Shown here: positions 35,667 to 47,529 of the stretch, piece by piece | How the letters are laid out: every line of letters begins with the position of its first letter | How positions within the stretch are numbered: position 1 is the first letter of the stretch | NCBI GenBank assembly: GCA_030704615.1 | Contig: CM060731.1 | Coordinates: 45,322,001 to 45,386,000 of the forward strand | Reading direction: 5' to 3' | Source: Takakia lepidozioides | Taxonomy: Eukaryota; Plantae; Bryophyta | Length of the DNA: 64,000 nt | Translations under genes and position numbers: made by a program | The notes under the pieces: model-generated | Told to the model about the DNA's origin: nothing | Seen by the model: only the letters and a program-made list of their open reading frames with translations | The model's database searches: none

Positions 35667-36962
35667 GGGGGGGGGCGGGGGGGGGGGGGGGGGGGGGGGA
35701 ATGGGGGGAGGAGGGGGGTGGAGTGACTCAGCAGCTGCTGCTGCTCAGTCACTTCCCCCCTCGACCTTTTCAGTTTTTGTTTTTGGAATGGTGGGGGGTG
35801 CTGAGAGCAGCTTGCTGCTGCTGGTCTTAGCCCCCCCCCCCCACCGACCTTTCATTTTTTTGATTTTGGCAATGGTGGGGGCGCTGAGAGCTGCAGCTGC
35901 TCTCAATCCCCCCCACATTTTTTTTTTTTGCATTTTGGGATGGTGGGGGGCTGACAGCAGCAGCAAGTGCTGATGCTCTCAGCACCCACCCCCCCCCCCC
36001 CCCCCCCCCCCGACCTTTCATTTTTTTCTTATCAACAGAGAGAGAAAGGGGGAGATGGAGAAGGACATAAAGATAGAGGGAGAGGGAGAGAGGGGAAGGG
36101 GAAGGGTCAACAACGCTCCCGTCATTGACGACCGTGTGACACGATCCACTTGGTCCAAACTCACCAGCCCTATAGGCGGCTATGTGAAAGGACCAAGCCG
36201 TAAGGCCGTCGAGGCCTTCACGCCCTCGAAGGTTGAGGCTGGGGATGAGCCTCCACTTGAGGATGGTACACCCAATGTTCAGGCTAGGACGCCACCCCAC
36301 GGGCTGATGGAGGGCCCTGACTTTTACGCGGGGAAGCGCATTCTCAGATCTGCCGCCAGGTATGGGCAACTTGATCTTAGCCCCACCGCCAATGTCTTTT
36401 CCCCTTCTTCTGCAGCCAAGAGGGCTTATAAGTGGGGGGCTCAGAAGAAGGGGGCACGGGAAAGGGAGGGGGAAGAGGAGAGGGTGACCCTGGCTTTGGA
36501 GGGCCCCTTGCGAAGTCCGTCGCCTGAACGGTCAATGAAGAAGACCCTGGACTTTGGGGCGCCGCCTGCGAGCCTATTGGGTGCATGGGATAGGCTTCCA
36601 CCCTTATTCCGAGAGGGCGTTATGGGGGTGCCACAAGCGGGGACCGAGGGCAACATTGAGGTCATGGACGCAAATGTGAGCCTCTTTCCTTCACCTTTTT
36701 TTCTTTCCTTTGTCTTTCATTTTGTTTCTGGTTTGTTTCTAATTTTGTGGGTTTTGTGTTCAGGAGCTTGGCGCATTCGTGACTAAACTTGTGGCAAGCA
36801 GTGGGATTGTCACCGACAAAGCAGGGACAATGGTGGTGCCTACCCGTGGGGATGGTAAGAGGAAGAGGAAAAGACGTCGTGTCCCAGAGGTTCCCCTAAT
36901 CATCAAGGAGGGTAGGGAATTAGTGGAGGGGAAGGGGAAAGGACAGGCCCAGGAGAGGGCGT

Positions 36963-36995
<33 letters not shown>

Positions 36996-37295
36996 GATTG
37001 AGCTGTTGCTGCTGCTCAGTCACTCCCCCACCGCCCCACCTTTTGTTTTTGTTTTTTTCCCCTCAATAGTCCCTCTCTCTCCTTCGCTCTCTTTGTCCCT
37101 CTCTCTCCCTCTTTTCCCGCATCTCTCCCTCTGTCCCATCAGGATGTGGAGAGAGAGGGAGAGAGGGAGTGATGAGGGAAAAAAAACAAAAACAAAAACA
37201 GGTGGAGGGGGGGGAGTGACTGAGTAGTAGTCAACCCCCCCCCCCCACATTTTTTCTTCTTCTTTCCATCTCTTTCCCTCTCTCTCCCTCTAGAA
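35608..37295. repeat. Low-complexity array: (GA)n, poly-G/poly-C tracts and GAGTGACTGAGC...GCTCAGTCACTC hairpin units
   Basis: (GA)n at ~35610-35662. G and C runs of 20-30 nt. Hairpin cores at ~35720-35755 and ~36991-37028. Confidence 0.8.
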
Positions 37296-37341
37296 ACTAG
37301 GTTTATGGAATTGTTGTCCCGACTTCCATCTTTGAAAAAAT

Positions 37342-37689
37342 TGGGTTGCAGGGAATTTTAAATGTTTTTCATCCAGAATACATTTCTTTTTTCCCTAGTG
37401 AAACATTTCTTCATTAATACCTGTGAGGTCTTTTGCTTCAACCGAACATCAACCCGGAATATACTGATTGCAAAACTCCCGTCAGTATTTATTTTTTCAA
37501 TCCAACCTGGATGAAAAAAGGACTTCATCTGACATGACCTAAATACGGGACAAAACAGATATAATATATATATATTTTTTAAACCCCCGATGTTTTTCAT
37601 CTAACCTAGATGAAAAACGGACTGCATCCGTTGAGTTCAAGACAGGATGAATGACGGGCCAGACAGGGGAAAACCCTGCGCAACCCTAA
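37342..37689. mobile_element. Possible decayed non-autonomous DNA transposon
   Basis: Imperfect TIRs tgggttgcaggg / ccctgcgcaacccta and repeated TTTCATC/GATGAAA motifs. No TSD found. Confidence 0.4.
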
Positions 37690-39254
37690 TGTCTTTCTTT
37701 TTGCGCTGCGAGAGTGCGTGCGATGGCGGCTTGGAAGGATCCTTGAGCTGCCAATCCCTGAGTGTTTATGGCTCCTGTGAGCGCCGCCTAGGCAGGCTCT
37801 TTAAGGCGATGGCGGTGGCTTAGAAATGAGGGAAGATTCACTGTCTCATTTGTCTGTTTTTTTGTTGCACAAGGGAACCACGGTATTGATGGCGGAGGTA
37901 CCACCTGCCTGCTTATGAAGCTTCCCTAGGAGCCCTCCTCTGGATCTTTGATGAATGGCGGCGTCTTGATAGAACAAGGAAGTCTCTCTCCCCCTCCCTT
38001 TATAAACCCTACCTTTTGAGACCAAGCTCTTTTTTCTTGTGCTTGGCAAGACGTTGCTTTGGTTAAGGTAGTAATGTTGTGGTGTTGGCGGAGACCTCCC
38101 TGCACGGTTAGACTTGTGGAGAGATGACGACCCTCCCCCAAACAGTAAAAAAAGGTTTTTTTTTCTGTTTGTCTTGCTTCCCTGCTTTCTTTGGCATTCT
38201 CTTTGCTTAGATTCAAGTGTATTTGACCTCGATAGCAAGTGTGGAAGCCTGCTACTCACCTCGTGCATCCTCACTAACTCACAATGCGTTGTGGTTGTTT
38301 TGGGACAGGTGAGGGCTTCCACTTAATATACTGATGTCTAGGTGTTGTTGGATGCCAAGTGGGATTGTAGAGCAGGGGAAGGAATCGCTTGCCAGGGACT
38401 TATCTTAAAATGTTGAAAAACTAAACTACTCTATGGTTTTTCTTGATCCTACCTCTTTCCTTCCTTTATTTATGAAGAACAAGTGTAATGTTTTCTATGA
38501 TGGGCTATTTCGGCCCAGCCAGTAGAAGACCTCTGCTTTGTTGTGACAACCGGGTTTATGATGGCTTGTGTGAGAGACACACATCTGTTTTCCAGGCCCT
38601 AGTTTGCTTTGCTTACCTTATGGTAGTTGGAAACAAATTAAGAAGCTGCAAGGAGCGGTTTGCTGCAGCTACTCGGGTACCCATGTTGGTAAAATGCCCA
38701 TGTTATGTTCCAACCCGGATGGCTTTGTTAGCTAGATGCTTAGGCCAGGGTATGGTGAAGATTTTGCCTGTGGTTATTAACACTGAAATATGACAGCAAT
38801 ATAACTGGTAACTGGTTTTGAGGCAGCCAAGGTGGTCAAGTGGAAATACCCCCTGGACATGGTGTAATGACATGGTCAATTGTGGAATGATGTGAATAGG
38901 GTGTACTGTCAGTATCATATACTGTCACAGGATGTGTATGCAGTTCTTTATCTTTACCTTGTTGTGTTATGAACTTAGATTTTCAGCTGTAGCAAGAAAT
39001 AAAGGTATAGGGATATTTTGGAAAACTTACCAGACATATCCACCTCCCCTGCAGACCAGTCTAAACAAATACTGGCAGGGCAAGGTATTTAAATCTGTGA
39101 TATCCAAGTGTTCTTTTTGCTTTAAAAAAAAAAACCCTCCATGACACCCATGGGGTTTGAGTAAGTATGCTTGGATTACAGCTTGCGGACAGTAAATCTG
39201 TATGATCATTTGATCTGCACCACATCAAGGCCAAAATATGGCCAAGTACCCGCC

Positions 39255-39750
39255 GGGAGGGAGAGAAAGAGATGGAGAGATTTACCTTTTTTTTTTGGGA
39301 CCTGCACAAAGGAGAAGGAGAGAGAGGGAGAGGGACAAATGGGAGAGAGGGAGGGAGAGGGATAGTTCTTTTGTGAGCAGCAGAGGGACAGAGACAGATG
39401 GAGGAGAGAGACGGAGAAATGAGGAATAAATAAATAAATAAATGTGGGAGGGGAGTGACTGAGCAGCTCAGTCACTCCCCCTTCCCACCTTCATTTTTAA
39501 TTTTTTTCCCCTCAACACTCCTTCTCTCTCCACATCCTGATGGGACAGAGGGAGAGAGATGGAGAGATGAGAGAAAATAAATAAAAAGAAGGTGGGGTGT
39601 GGGGGAGGGGGGGGGGACTGAGCAGCTGCCGCTCAGTCACTCCCCCCCTACCTTCTTTTTTAGTTTTTTTCCCTCCTCACTCCCTCTTTCTCCCTCTCTC
39701 CCTCTCTCTCCACATCTTCATGGGACAGAGGGAGAGATGAGGGAAGATAC
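39255..39750. repeat. Second array of the same hairpin/GA-rich repeat family
   Basis: Near-perfect hairpin gtgggaggggagtgactgagc-a-gctcagtcactccccc at 39444-39488, with another at ~39610-39648. It shares gggacagagggagaga modules with 37100-37200. Confidence 0.8.
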
Positions 39751-40149
39751 TTTTTGTCATGTCAAGACAAAGACAGGACCCCTAGGGTCGTTGTCATGAA
39801 AAAATAATCAGACATATCAGCCACTTAACAGTGGCACCATCCATCAATCATCAAGCTTAGAAATTCCAAAATTACATCCATGCACTGTAATGTGTTCATG
39901 TCAGTATTATTCATAACCCAAAGAGTATGCCACTGATGCTGATTGACCATCATTCATGATCATGATACACATTCAGGGGTCTGGGTGGTCTCCTGGTGTT
40001 GTATGGGCAAGCTGTTGCATTCTGTCATCAGAAAATTCATGGATCTAATTCAGCTCAATCTAGATCAATTTGTTTCAAACTAGAAGTTGTAAGAGCATTC
40101 TGAACTTAATCTAATTAAATGCAAGAGCTTTGTATGTCCATGCTCATGT

Positions 40150-41116
40150 TCAATTGAGAAGAACAGTTGTCATCCAACTTTCTCAATTTCCATTCAATTA
40201 AAAACAAGGGCTGCGTATGAGCAATCTGAATTTGCAAGCGATTGAATCATTATTGGCAGATATAACGTCGCTGGTCTGGCCCAAGGCTGATATGTCTGAG
40301 ATGCCATTAGAGACACCCATCGATGCTCTAGAGACTTGAGAGATTGATGATGAGGCTGCGAGGGTTTCTTTGCCTGTGAAGCACAAGACAAAGTCTCTTG
40401 CTCGGAAAGAGAAAGGTCAAAGACCGATCGTGGAGCCCTTGCATTTGAGCATTATCGTGGCTGCTTATAACTTCCATTTTGCTATCTACAGTAAGGATAT
40501 GAAGCAAGTCACTCAGCTGATTCCAAATGTGGTGTGGAAGGCGGATACTAACTACTTGAAAGAGTTTCCCGAGTCTCAATTCTAGGAGGATACCTTGAAG
40601 GATCGCTTACGGGACACCTTCAAGACATGCACATCAAATGCGGAGAACACAGAGAATGCGACATTGTAATGTGACGAGGTATTGGATCGATTGAGGACCA
40701 CTAATGGACATGCAACTCGAAATGTACTCAAGCGGAGGTAAAGTTTCATAGATGATATATCCCCCAGCCCATGTTCATCTACAACCGCTAGCATTGTAAG
40801 GACTTAAGTACACCCTATTCTTGACCATGCTCCTAGTGCTAGTAGTGCATCTACACATAGCTCTACTTGTGTTCCTTCTATCAAAGCGATTTCTAAGGCT
40901 GATATGTTGCAACAACAGTCCAAGAGTATTACTTCGATGGCTCAGCAGTATCAGTCCTCATCTTAGAAGAGAAATGAAATGTTAGCTGCTTATGTAGATA
41001 TCAGTCTCGAGAAGCGCAACAACTTAAAGATTTCCAATTTGAAGAGTGCAAGGGATCTTGCTGTAATCTCTAATGACGAATTCAAATAACAAGTGAAAGT
41101 GCTTCTTAATTTATAA
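40150..41116 (+). pseudogene. PIF/Harbinger accessory ORF (putative DNA-binding ORF1), decayed
   Basis: Long frame interrupted by point stops (LKQGLRMSNL...VWKA..YLKEFPESQF*EDTLKDRLRD...LKSARDLAVISNDEFK*QVKVLLNL*). It converges on the Harbinger transposase. Identity is inferred from position. Confidence 0.55.
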
Positions 41117-42250
41117 TTAGAAATCCCCGTCCCATCCGAATTCCTCGGGGTTTCTGAGTTGATCACCGATGATCTCAAATGTGAAATCCATTCTTCTTCT
41201 GTGAATGAAGTTTGTCAATAAAGTTGCAGCCGTGAACAAATGATTGTACTTCGTTTTGTTGAGTCAAATCTCCTGGTGAGTCGTCTCCAGTACTTTCATT
41301 TTAGTCCTCCAATGCCTCATTCAACCCTCACCGGCCTGTAGTCAGTATACATTTTGTTGTAAGCATGCATGGCTGGTTGATCAGCATTGGGAGGCAATTC
41401 ACGTCTGCCAATTCTACGCATTCTACGCATTGGTATGGGCACATACCACGTTGGATGTGGTTGTGGGTTCAAACCACGGTCTGGTGTGTCATGAATGTGT
41501 CCACCTTTCAGCTGGAAGACAATAGCCGTTGTGGTGAAGTGACACCATAAGTTACGCTCCCTTCAAGAGGCGTCATACTTTACTTTACGCATAATAAACA
41601 TATCATCGCCCATGTAGCCATGATCTCCCAATAGATACGCAAAGTAGTCATCTTCGTGTACAAAGTGATTGCGCCAGTTCTGATAGAGAGTAGAGTGTCG
41701 TAATATGCTCACATCATGATAAGAGCATGGTATCATATATCGATACGATTAATGAATAATCCATTGTGATCTACAACCACTATGATGTTCATTGAATACA
41801 TCTTCTTCCTCCCATTGAACCAGCTCTTGTGTTCATTGTTATGCCAAAGTTTCCGAATCTTGACCAAAGTGCCATCAATGAGGCCAATACATCCAGGAAA
41901 TTTGAGTAGCCAAGATAGCTCTCTCCTCCATACATGGCCAACGAATCTCATCCGGCTAGTGCTTGGTTCATACAAGAAGCTATGACGATAGCATCATCGT
42001 TCAATGTAGTCTTGGACCAGTTCCACATGAAGGAATCATACATAGTTACATTATCATGCTTCATGAATAAGATGAAATTGAGGACACATTGCTTAGGGGA
42101 CAAGTTCAAAGATTTCACCTGTTGTCCTGACATGTGTCATGATCGCTGGGATAACAATTTTCACATCCATTCCCCCTAAGTTAGTTCCACTTCCTCCTCA
42201 TAGTATGAACCCATTCATGCATATATGAATTCCCATCCTTGAAGAATTTA
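41117..42250 (-). pseudogene. PIF/Harbinger DDE transposase (DDE_Tnp_4-like), decayed and interrupted by a SINE
   Basis: FPGCIGLIDGTLVKI..FNGRKKMYSMN..VVDHNGLF; SYHDVSILR; YLLGDHGY; VRVE*GIGGLK; ends FGWDGDF* at 41117-41119. Confidence 0.88.
41431..41588 (+). mobile_element. tRNA-derived SINE family 1 (5'-clipped), inserted in the Harbinger transposase
   Basis: B-box GGTTCAAACC and tactttactttac tail. Flanking duplication tacgcat. Homologous to 61163-61354 and 62631-62800. Confidence 0.8.
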
Positions 42251-42466
42251 TGACTATTAGGTTTAGGGTTGATCAAACATCATAAGAGGATGTTGGTCTC
42301 GGAAGGTTAGGTGTGTATTTGACTAATAAGCATTAAAAACAAGCGGCTAGTTGCATATGACTCTTCCTTGTGAATAATGCAATCTACATTTATCCATAAT
42401 AAACTTAAAAATTCATCCATTTATTTTTCATAAGTTGTTCAATTACAACATAGATGGTGTCTGGAG

Positions 42467-43094
42467 CAGTGTTGGACTGGTATGTCCATTTTTTAATACC
42501 AGACTGGTCCTGGTATGAAGGGTCCCACCCCTTTTTCATACCAGGCTGGTATAGGTATCTATACAGATATGAGCAACTTGGGTATGAATCTGGTATGAGT
42601 AGTTGTACTTTGGGCTATATATGAGTATGGTACTGGTATTGCCCTTTCTCTGTAGTGATACTGGGGGTATGAGCACTGGTATGGTATTTCTACAGCTCAC
42701 CATACATAGAAATAAATGTCATTTAGCACATAGCTAATTTTAATCCAAGCCGTGAAACACTAGGCAAAGGTGACCCAAAGTAGCACGAAACAGCAAATGA
42801 AGTCTAAATTGCAACATGGAACCTTGAATTAACCAAATTGTAGTACAGGGTATAACTAGCTGCACTAACATATACTCATACCTACCTCCATTCGCCCGCA
42901 ATACTGGTATCGGGACCATGCTATTCCTCCATATACCCAGACTGGTATGGTATGTGTGCAGGGAATCCTAAGCCGTACTCCCCCAGCACGTGTATCACAT
43001 GGGTACACTGGTTCTTTCATACCCTACTGGTATGTTCTTCAATATATATATTCATACATACCTAGGTTAAACCAGGTATACCAGTCCAACACTG
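42467..43094. mobile_element. hAT-type MITE (same TIR as 26009-26513)
   Basis: Perfect 17-bp TIR CAGTGTTGGACTGGTAT. Perfect 8-bp TSD gtctggag (42459-42466, 43095-43102). Confidence 0.95.
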
Positions 43095-43643
43095 GTCTGG
43101 AGAAGGCACATCATGGAAATACTTCTTATCAAAGGAGAAGGAGGTGACAACCTAGCGATTGTTGATATATAGTCTCCATTTCAGAATAAAGAGGAGTCAA
43201 ATATGTACCCCAATCATTCAAAAAATAGAATTAACAAAAAGGCATGATCTGTAGCAAACTGGTGAATGAGGGTGAATCTGCAATGCGGCCTGTGGCTATT
43301 GCATGCTTGTGTAGAGGAAGTACACAAATAGACACTCACTCTGGAAACAAGGCAAAGACTGAAAAAACAACAGATTCCTTTGTATGTTGCATGACCTTAT
43401 TTCGTGGAATCTAGCGCCATAGCTTATTAATAAGTGTACCTGCCCTTCCGAGTATGGCAAGGTGCTTATGACCTGGTAGCTCACTCTTCATTTCAATGGC
43501 CTGCACTCTTTCCCCACTCGTAGAGAGGGCATCTCAATGGCAACTCCCCTGACGTAAACAATTTGCCATTCTTTTCATCTTTCCATAACCACGTCATCAC
43601 ACACGTGGTCACACAGCTGCTGCATTCCGCATGCTATCAACCT

Positions 43644-43771
43644 GCCACGCGTCATATTCCTCGGAGATTGTTATCTGTCAAATTCTGCCACGCGTAATAT
43701 TGTCTGAAAAACTGGGTACTTACACCTGCGTACGCTGGGGTTTGGATACAGTGTCAAATGTTGCCACGCGT
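43644..43771 (+). promoter_or_regulatory. Triplet of GCCACGCGT motifs upstream of the intact UGT (G-box CACGTG at ~43602)
   Basis: Three exact copies lie 190-310 bp upstream of the ATG and are conserved in the paralog. Confidence 0.5.
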
Positions 43772-43956
43772 TTGTTTTGAAAATGGGAACCTTATTGGAA
43801 CCCAGACTCTGGTGCCTGGCAAAACGTACACATCCCTGGTCTGCACTTCCTCCCCAGGACAGATTGCGATCGGTGCCCGTGACTGAGCATTCTCACATCT
43901 TGCATACTTGAAGTAGAACCTGTAGAGACAAAATTTCTGTTTGACGATTTGCTTCA

Positions 43957-46792
43957 ATGGCGCAGATGGCTCTACATTCTTCTCCCCATGTTATCTTGCT
44001 GTCGTGTCCGGCCGCTGGACACTATATTCCCATCCTACAGGCTGCCAAGCAGTTAATTGCGAACGGAATCACCATTAGCTACGTGAGTATAGACCAGCAT
44101 GTTACTGAAGTACAGGAAGACACTGCGGTTGGACAGGAGCTCATCGCCCTGGGCATGAGGTTAGTGAAGCTTGGGGACGGGATGTCGATATCAGCGACAG
44201 ATTTCGTGAAAGCCTATAAGAACCCGAAAATGGAGGAAAAATTGACCGGACTATTGGAGGCTGTGATAGTAGATCTGTCGACATCTGCTCACATTGATGC
44301 TCCTTGCTGCATTCTCGCGGACCTCTTTCCAACCTGGGCTCAGGACGTGGCCTACAAGTTTCGCATTCCACGGCATGTCATATATACCTGTGCAGCGGTG
44401 GCTCTAGCCATAGGCTTACAAGTAATTTTTCAACCACTTAGTGGAAACCTGGAACAGCAGTCGAATTTCAACATTCTGATAGCTTCGTGATCATGTACTA
44501 ACATTTTGTTTGATACAACCCACACGGACCACATGCAAACGTATCGACGCTCTACTTGAAATTTCGTAGAGGTCAATGCGCAACATATGTTGTTAGACTG
44601 ACTCACACAATGTGTGTCCCATTGGTTCATTGCTGGCAGGTCGAGAGGCTTGCTGCAGAGGGTTATATGCCTGTGACCTCTCTGAACCAGTCAAAGCTCA
44701 TAACATTCATTCCAGGAGTCCCAGCGCTGAAACCGACGGACCTTCCACCCACTTTCACACAACTGGATGAGTACAAGGATGCTATGAAGCTTGAGAAGCG
44801 AATTAACGAGGCGTTAGTGGTTCTGGTCAACACTGCTGAGGAGCTGGAAGGGACAGTCTTGGATGCCCTGAAGACCCAAGTCATCGGCACAGAGAAAGTG
44901 AAGGTCTGTTTTTGGTTGTTTAACTTCATGTATGTTCCATGATAAGGGCATGCACAGTGAGAACCCAATGATTTTCTTTGAACATTATAACAACCTTTCA
45001 GCGCTCTTTTCACCCAGATCTACTATGGCCACCATTACATGCACTACTTAACTTACAATCTCCATATACTTTTTGCAGACACAGGCTATCTTGGCGATTG
45101 GTCCATTGCAAGCAGAGTCTGAAGTTTTGAATCCTGAGGCACCCAATCATATCATACAAAAGCCATCCGAAGAGCGAGATCCATGCGTGCGATGGCTGAA
45201 CACACAAGCTCCTTCTTCCGTTCTTTTCATTTCTTTTGGAAGCTTTAACACCATTTCAGCACCACAAATCCTGGAGCTGGCACAGGGACTGGAAGCCAGC
45301 AACCAACCTTTCTTATGGATATTACGGTCGCCAAACCCTGCTTCTGCATCTCCTACATTGATATCCATCACCGAATTTCTCCCTTCAGGTCTCCTCTGCA
45401 AGCAACATTGGGGGAAATCAACATAGGAATGCTTTGCAAAGTGAAATCTCAGTTTGGTTCTGCTGGTGGAATGCAACATACAGAGCAGCCACGGCCAAAC
45501 CATCAGTTCCGGTGTTTCCATACATGTACAGGGACATAGTATCTGTTGTAAATATATCACCTAGGTTACATGTGAGAAGAACAGAATTTATGAATACTTT
45601 ACAGTAAAGGGGGGTCTCGAAGCATAAACTAGATGTGGGACTAGTGCTGGCAATGGATTACCAACAGAGACTTGCATAGACCTCGTCAGAAGAGAAAGGG
45701 GAGGCAAGGTCCAAGATTAAAAACTCTTCACGTACAGTAAAATATAAGCATTGAACCTTGATGAGTGTTGACTGCAAGTAGATAATGTTCAGTCATGTAA
45801 ACATGAATGTTCAGTCATGTAAACTCCATGAGTAATACTGGCTGTCCAGAGTGAAGCTCTTGTGCTTACCTACATGTATTACTGCTTTGTTTCCTGTGTG
45901 AGCAGGTTTTGAGGAACGCACAAAAGAACGTGGGTTGTGTTTCTCTGGATGGGCTCCTCAGTTGCGTATTCTGTCTCATGCAGCCACGGGTGCTTTCTTG
46001 ACCCATTGTGGATGGAACTCTGTCCTGGAGGGTCTTAGGGCTGGCATCCCCCTCCTTACTTGGCCACTTAAGGCAGACCAAATGCTAAGCGCCAGGTCAG
46101 GATTCTAGGATAATCCTTTGCAGTTTTTATATATTGAGCTGTTGTCAACAGTCTTTTGAAGGTAGACTTAGCTGCCATTGTGATGGTTGTCCACCCAGTA
46201 TGAGCAAGAAGAAAAGGGAGAGATGTGGGTGTTGGAAATTAAGCTGGCCAAGTCACAAGGTACAGATAGAAGCTATTTCAATAGGTGTTCCTCCATTTTA
46301 GTGTGGAGCACCGGTATCTACCGTACTGTAGTATTCTGCCTAGTTGGAACGCATTCCTGTCCCAGCATAGTCTAATCCGTAACTCGGTGGAAGGGGAGGG
46401 TTTTGGCGACTGTGCATTGTTAGTCATTGTATTATGCATAATTTTGCTATTGTAATTGGACGCTAACCAGTCGAGTGGTCAGAGGTCGAAACTTTGTCAA
46501 GAGTCTCTTACTTCCAGATCCACCACGTCTGTGTCGCAGAGTAGTACTAAATCGGAAGGTGGCTATAGAGATGCGAAAGAGACCAGATGGACTGGTGGAC
46601 AAGGCGGAAGTTGAGAGGACGGTGAGGCTTTTGATGCAGGAGGATGAAGGTAAGGCTGTAACTGTACGACAGAATGTGATGGAACTGAAGATCGGTCTAC
46701 GAAAGGCTGTGGCAGAGGGGGGGTCCTCGAGAAGAAATCTGGAAGTATATGTCCAACATCTTAGGACACTGATCCCCCTACAGCTGCAGTGA
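43957..46792 (+). CDS. Family-1 UDP-glycosyltransferase copy 2, intact, 5 exons, ~493 aa
   Basis: Exons 43957-44421, 44640-44903, 45079-45388, 45906-46095 and 46540-46792 splice in frame via GT-AG (1482 nt). Catalytic H (GHYIP) and D (LADLF). 44-aa PSPG box [44 protein letters not shown]. Confidence 0.93.
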
Positions 46793-47529
46793 GGGTCCGG
46801 GTGTGTTTGATTTATTCACGAAACACTTACTATTTGTGGCGATGGATTTGTTGTGCAAATGAAGGAAGAAGATATATGGAATAAAATCTGCTGCTTCCAT
46901 GAAGCTGTAGCTGGGTTTTCAATCCCACATCCCAGAATTGTTCGCAGGTGTGGGCGGGATTAAACACTTCCCACAAGTAGCAGACCCGTCAGGGCAGTCA
47001 GTAAATGTAGAAGATCAATCCTCCAACAGACACGACTATTTTACTGAAAAAGTTCTACATCCGTGTCTCTCGGCGTCAGCCATCTTTCGCAGTACAGGCC
47101 GATCTCGAGATGTGCTTGGAAAGTCGGAGAATGGAAGATCCAACAAGGGAAATCAAATACATTGTAAGTCACTGTTGGGGGGCTGGCCTTGGGCACTGTG
47201 ACATGGACGGGATGGATAGTACCGGGATGCCCACCCTCCCACCTGCCTGCCCTGCCACGTCCTCTGCGCCCGCTGCCCGCTCTCCTACCTGCCACGTCCT
47301 CTGCGACCGCTGCATGTGGCACCACTCTCCCTGCCACGTCATCGGCGTAGGACCGCTCTGCCATACATGTTTGTGGTTAAAAAAAACAGGGGGAAAAAAA
47401 AAAAGAAAGAAAGATTGTGCCATACATTCTCGAGGCAATGTGTGAAGCCAAAACAAGAAAAAGAAAAGTGTGGCAATTAGTTACAAATATTGGTCTTCTT
47501 TTCTCTAGAACTTATCTTCAATCAAAAAT

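Noticed and set aside
36055-36786. 243-aa ORF as a host gene
   Set aside because: It starts in a GA-rich repeat, reads into an intron-like T-rich tract and has no recognisable domain. Kept only as a possible captured fragment.
37700-39200. Short ORFs between the repeat arrays
   Set aside because: No recognisable motifs and no consistent exon chain could be built.
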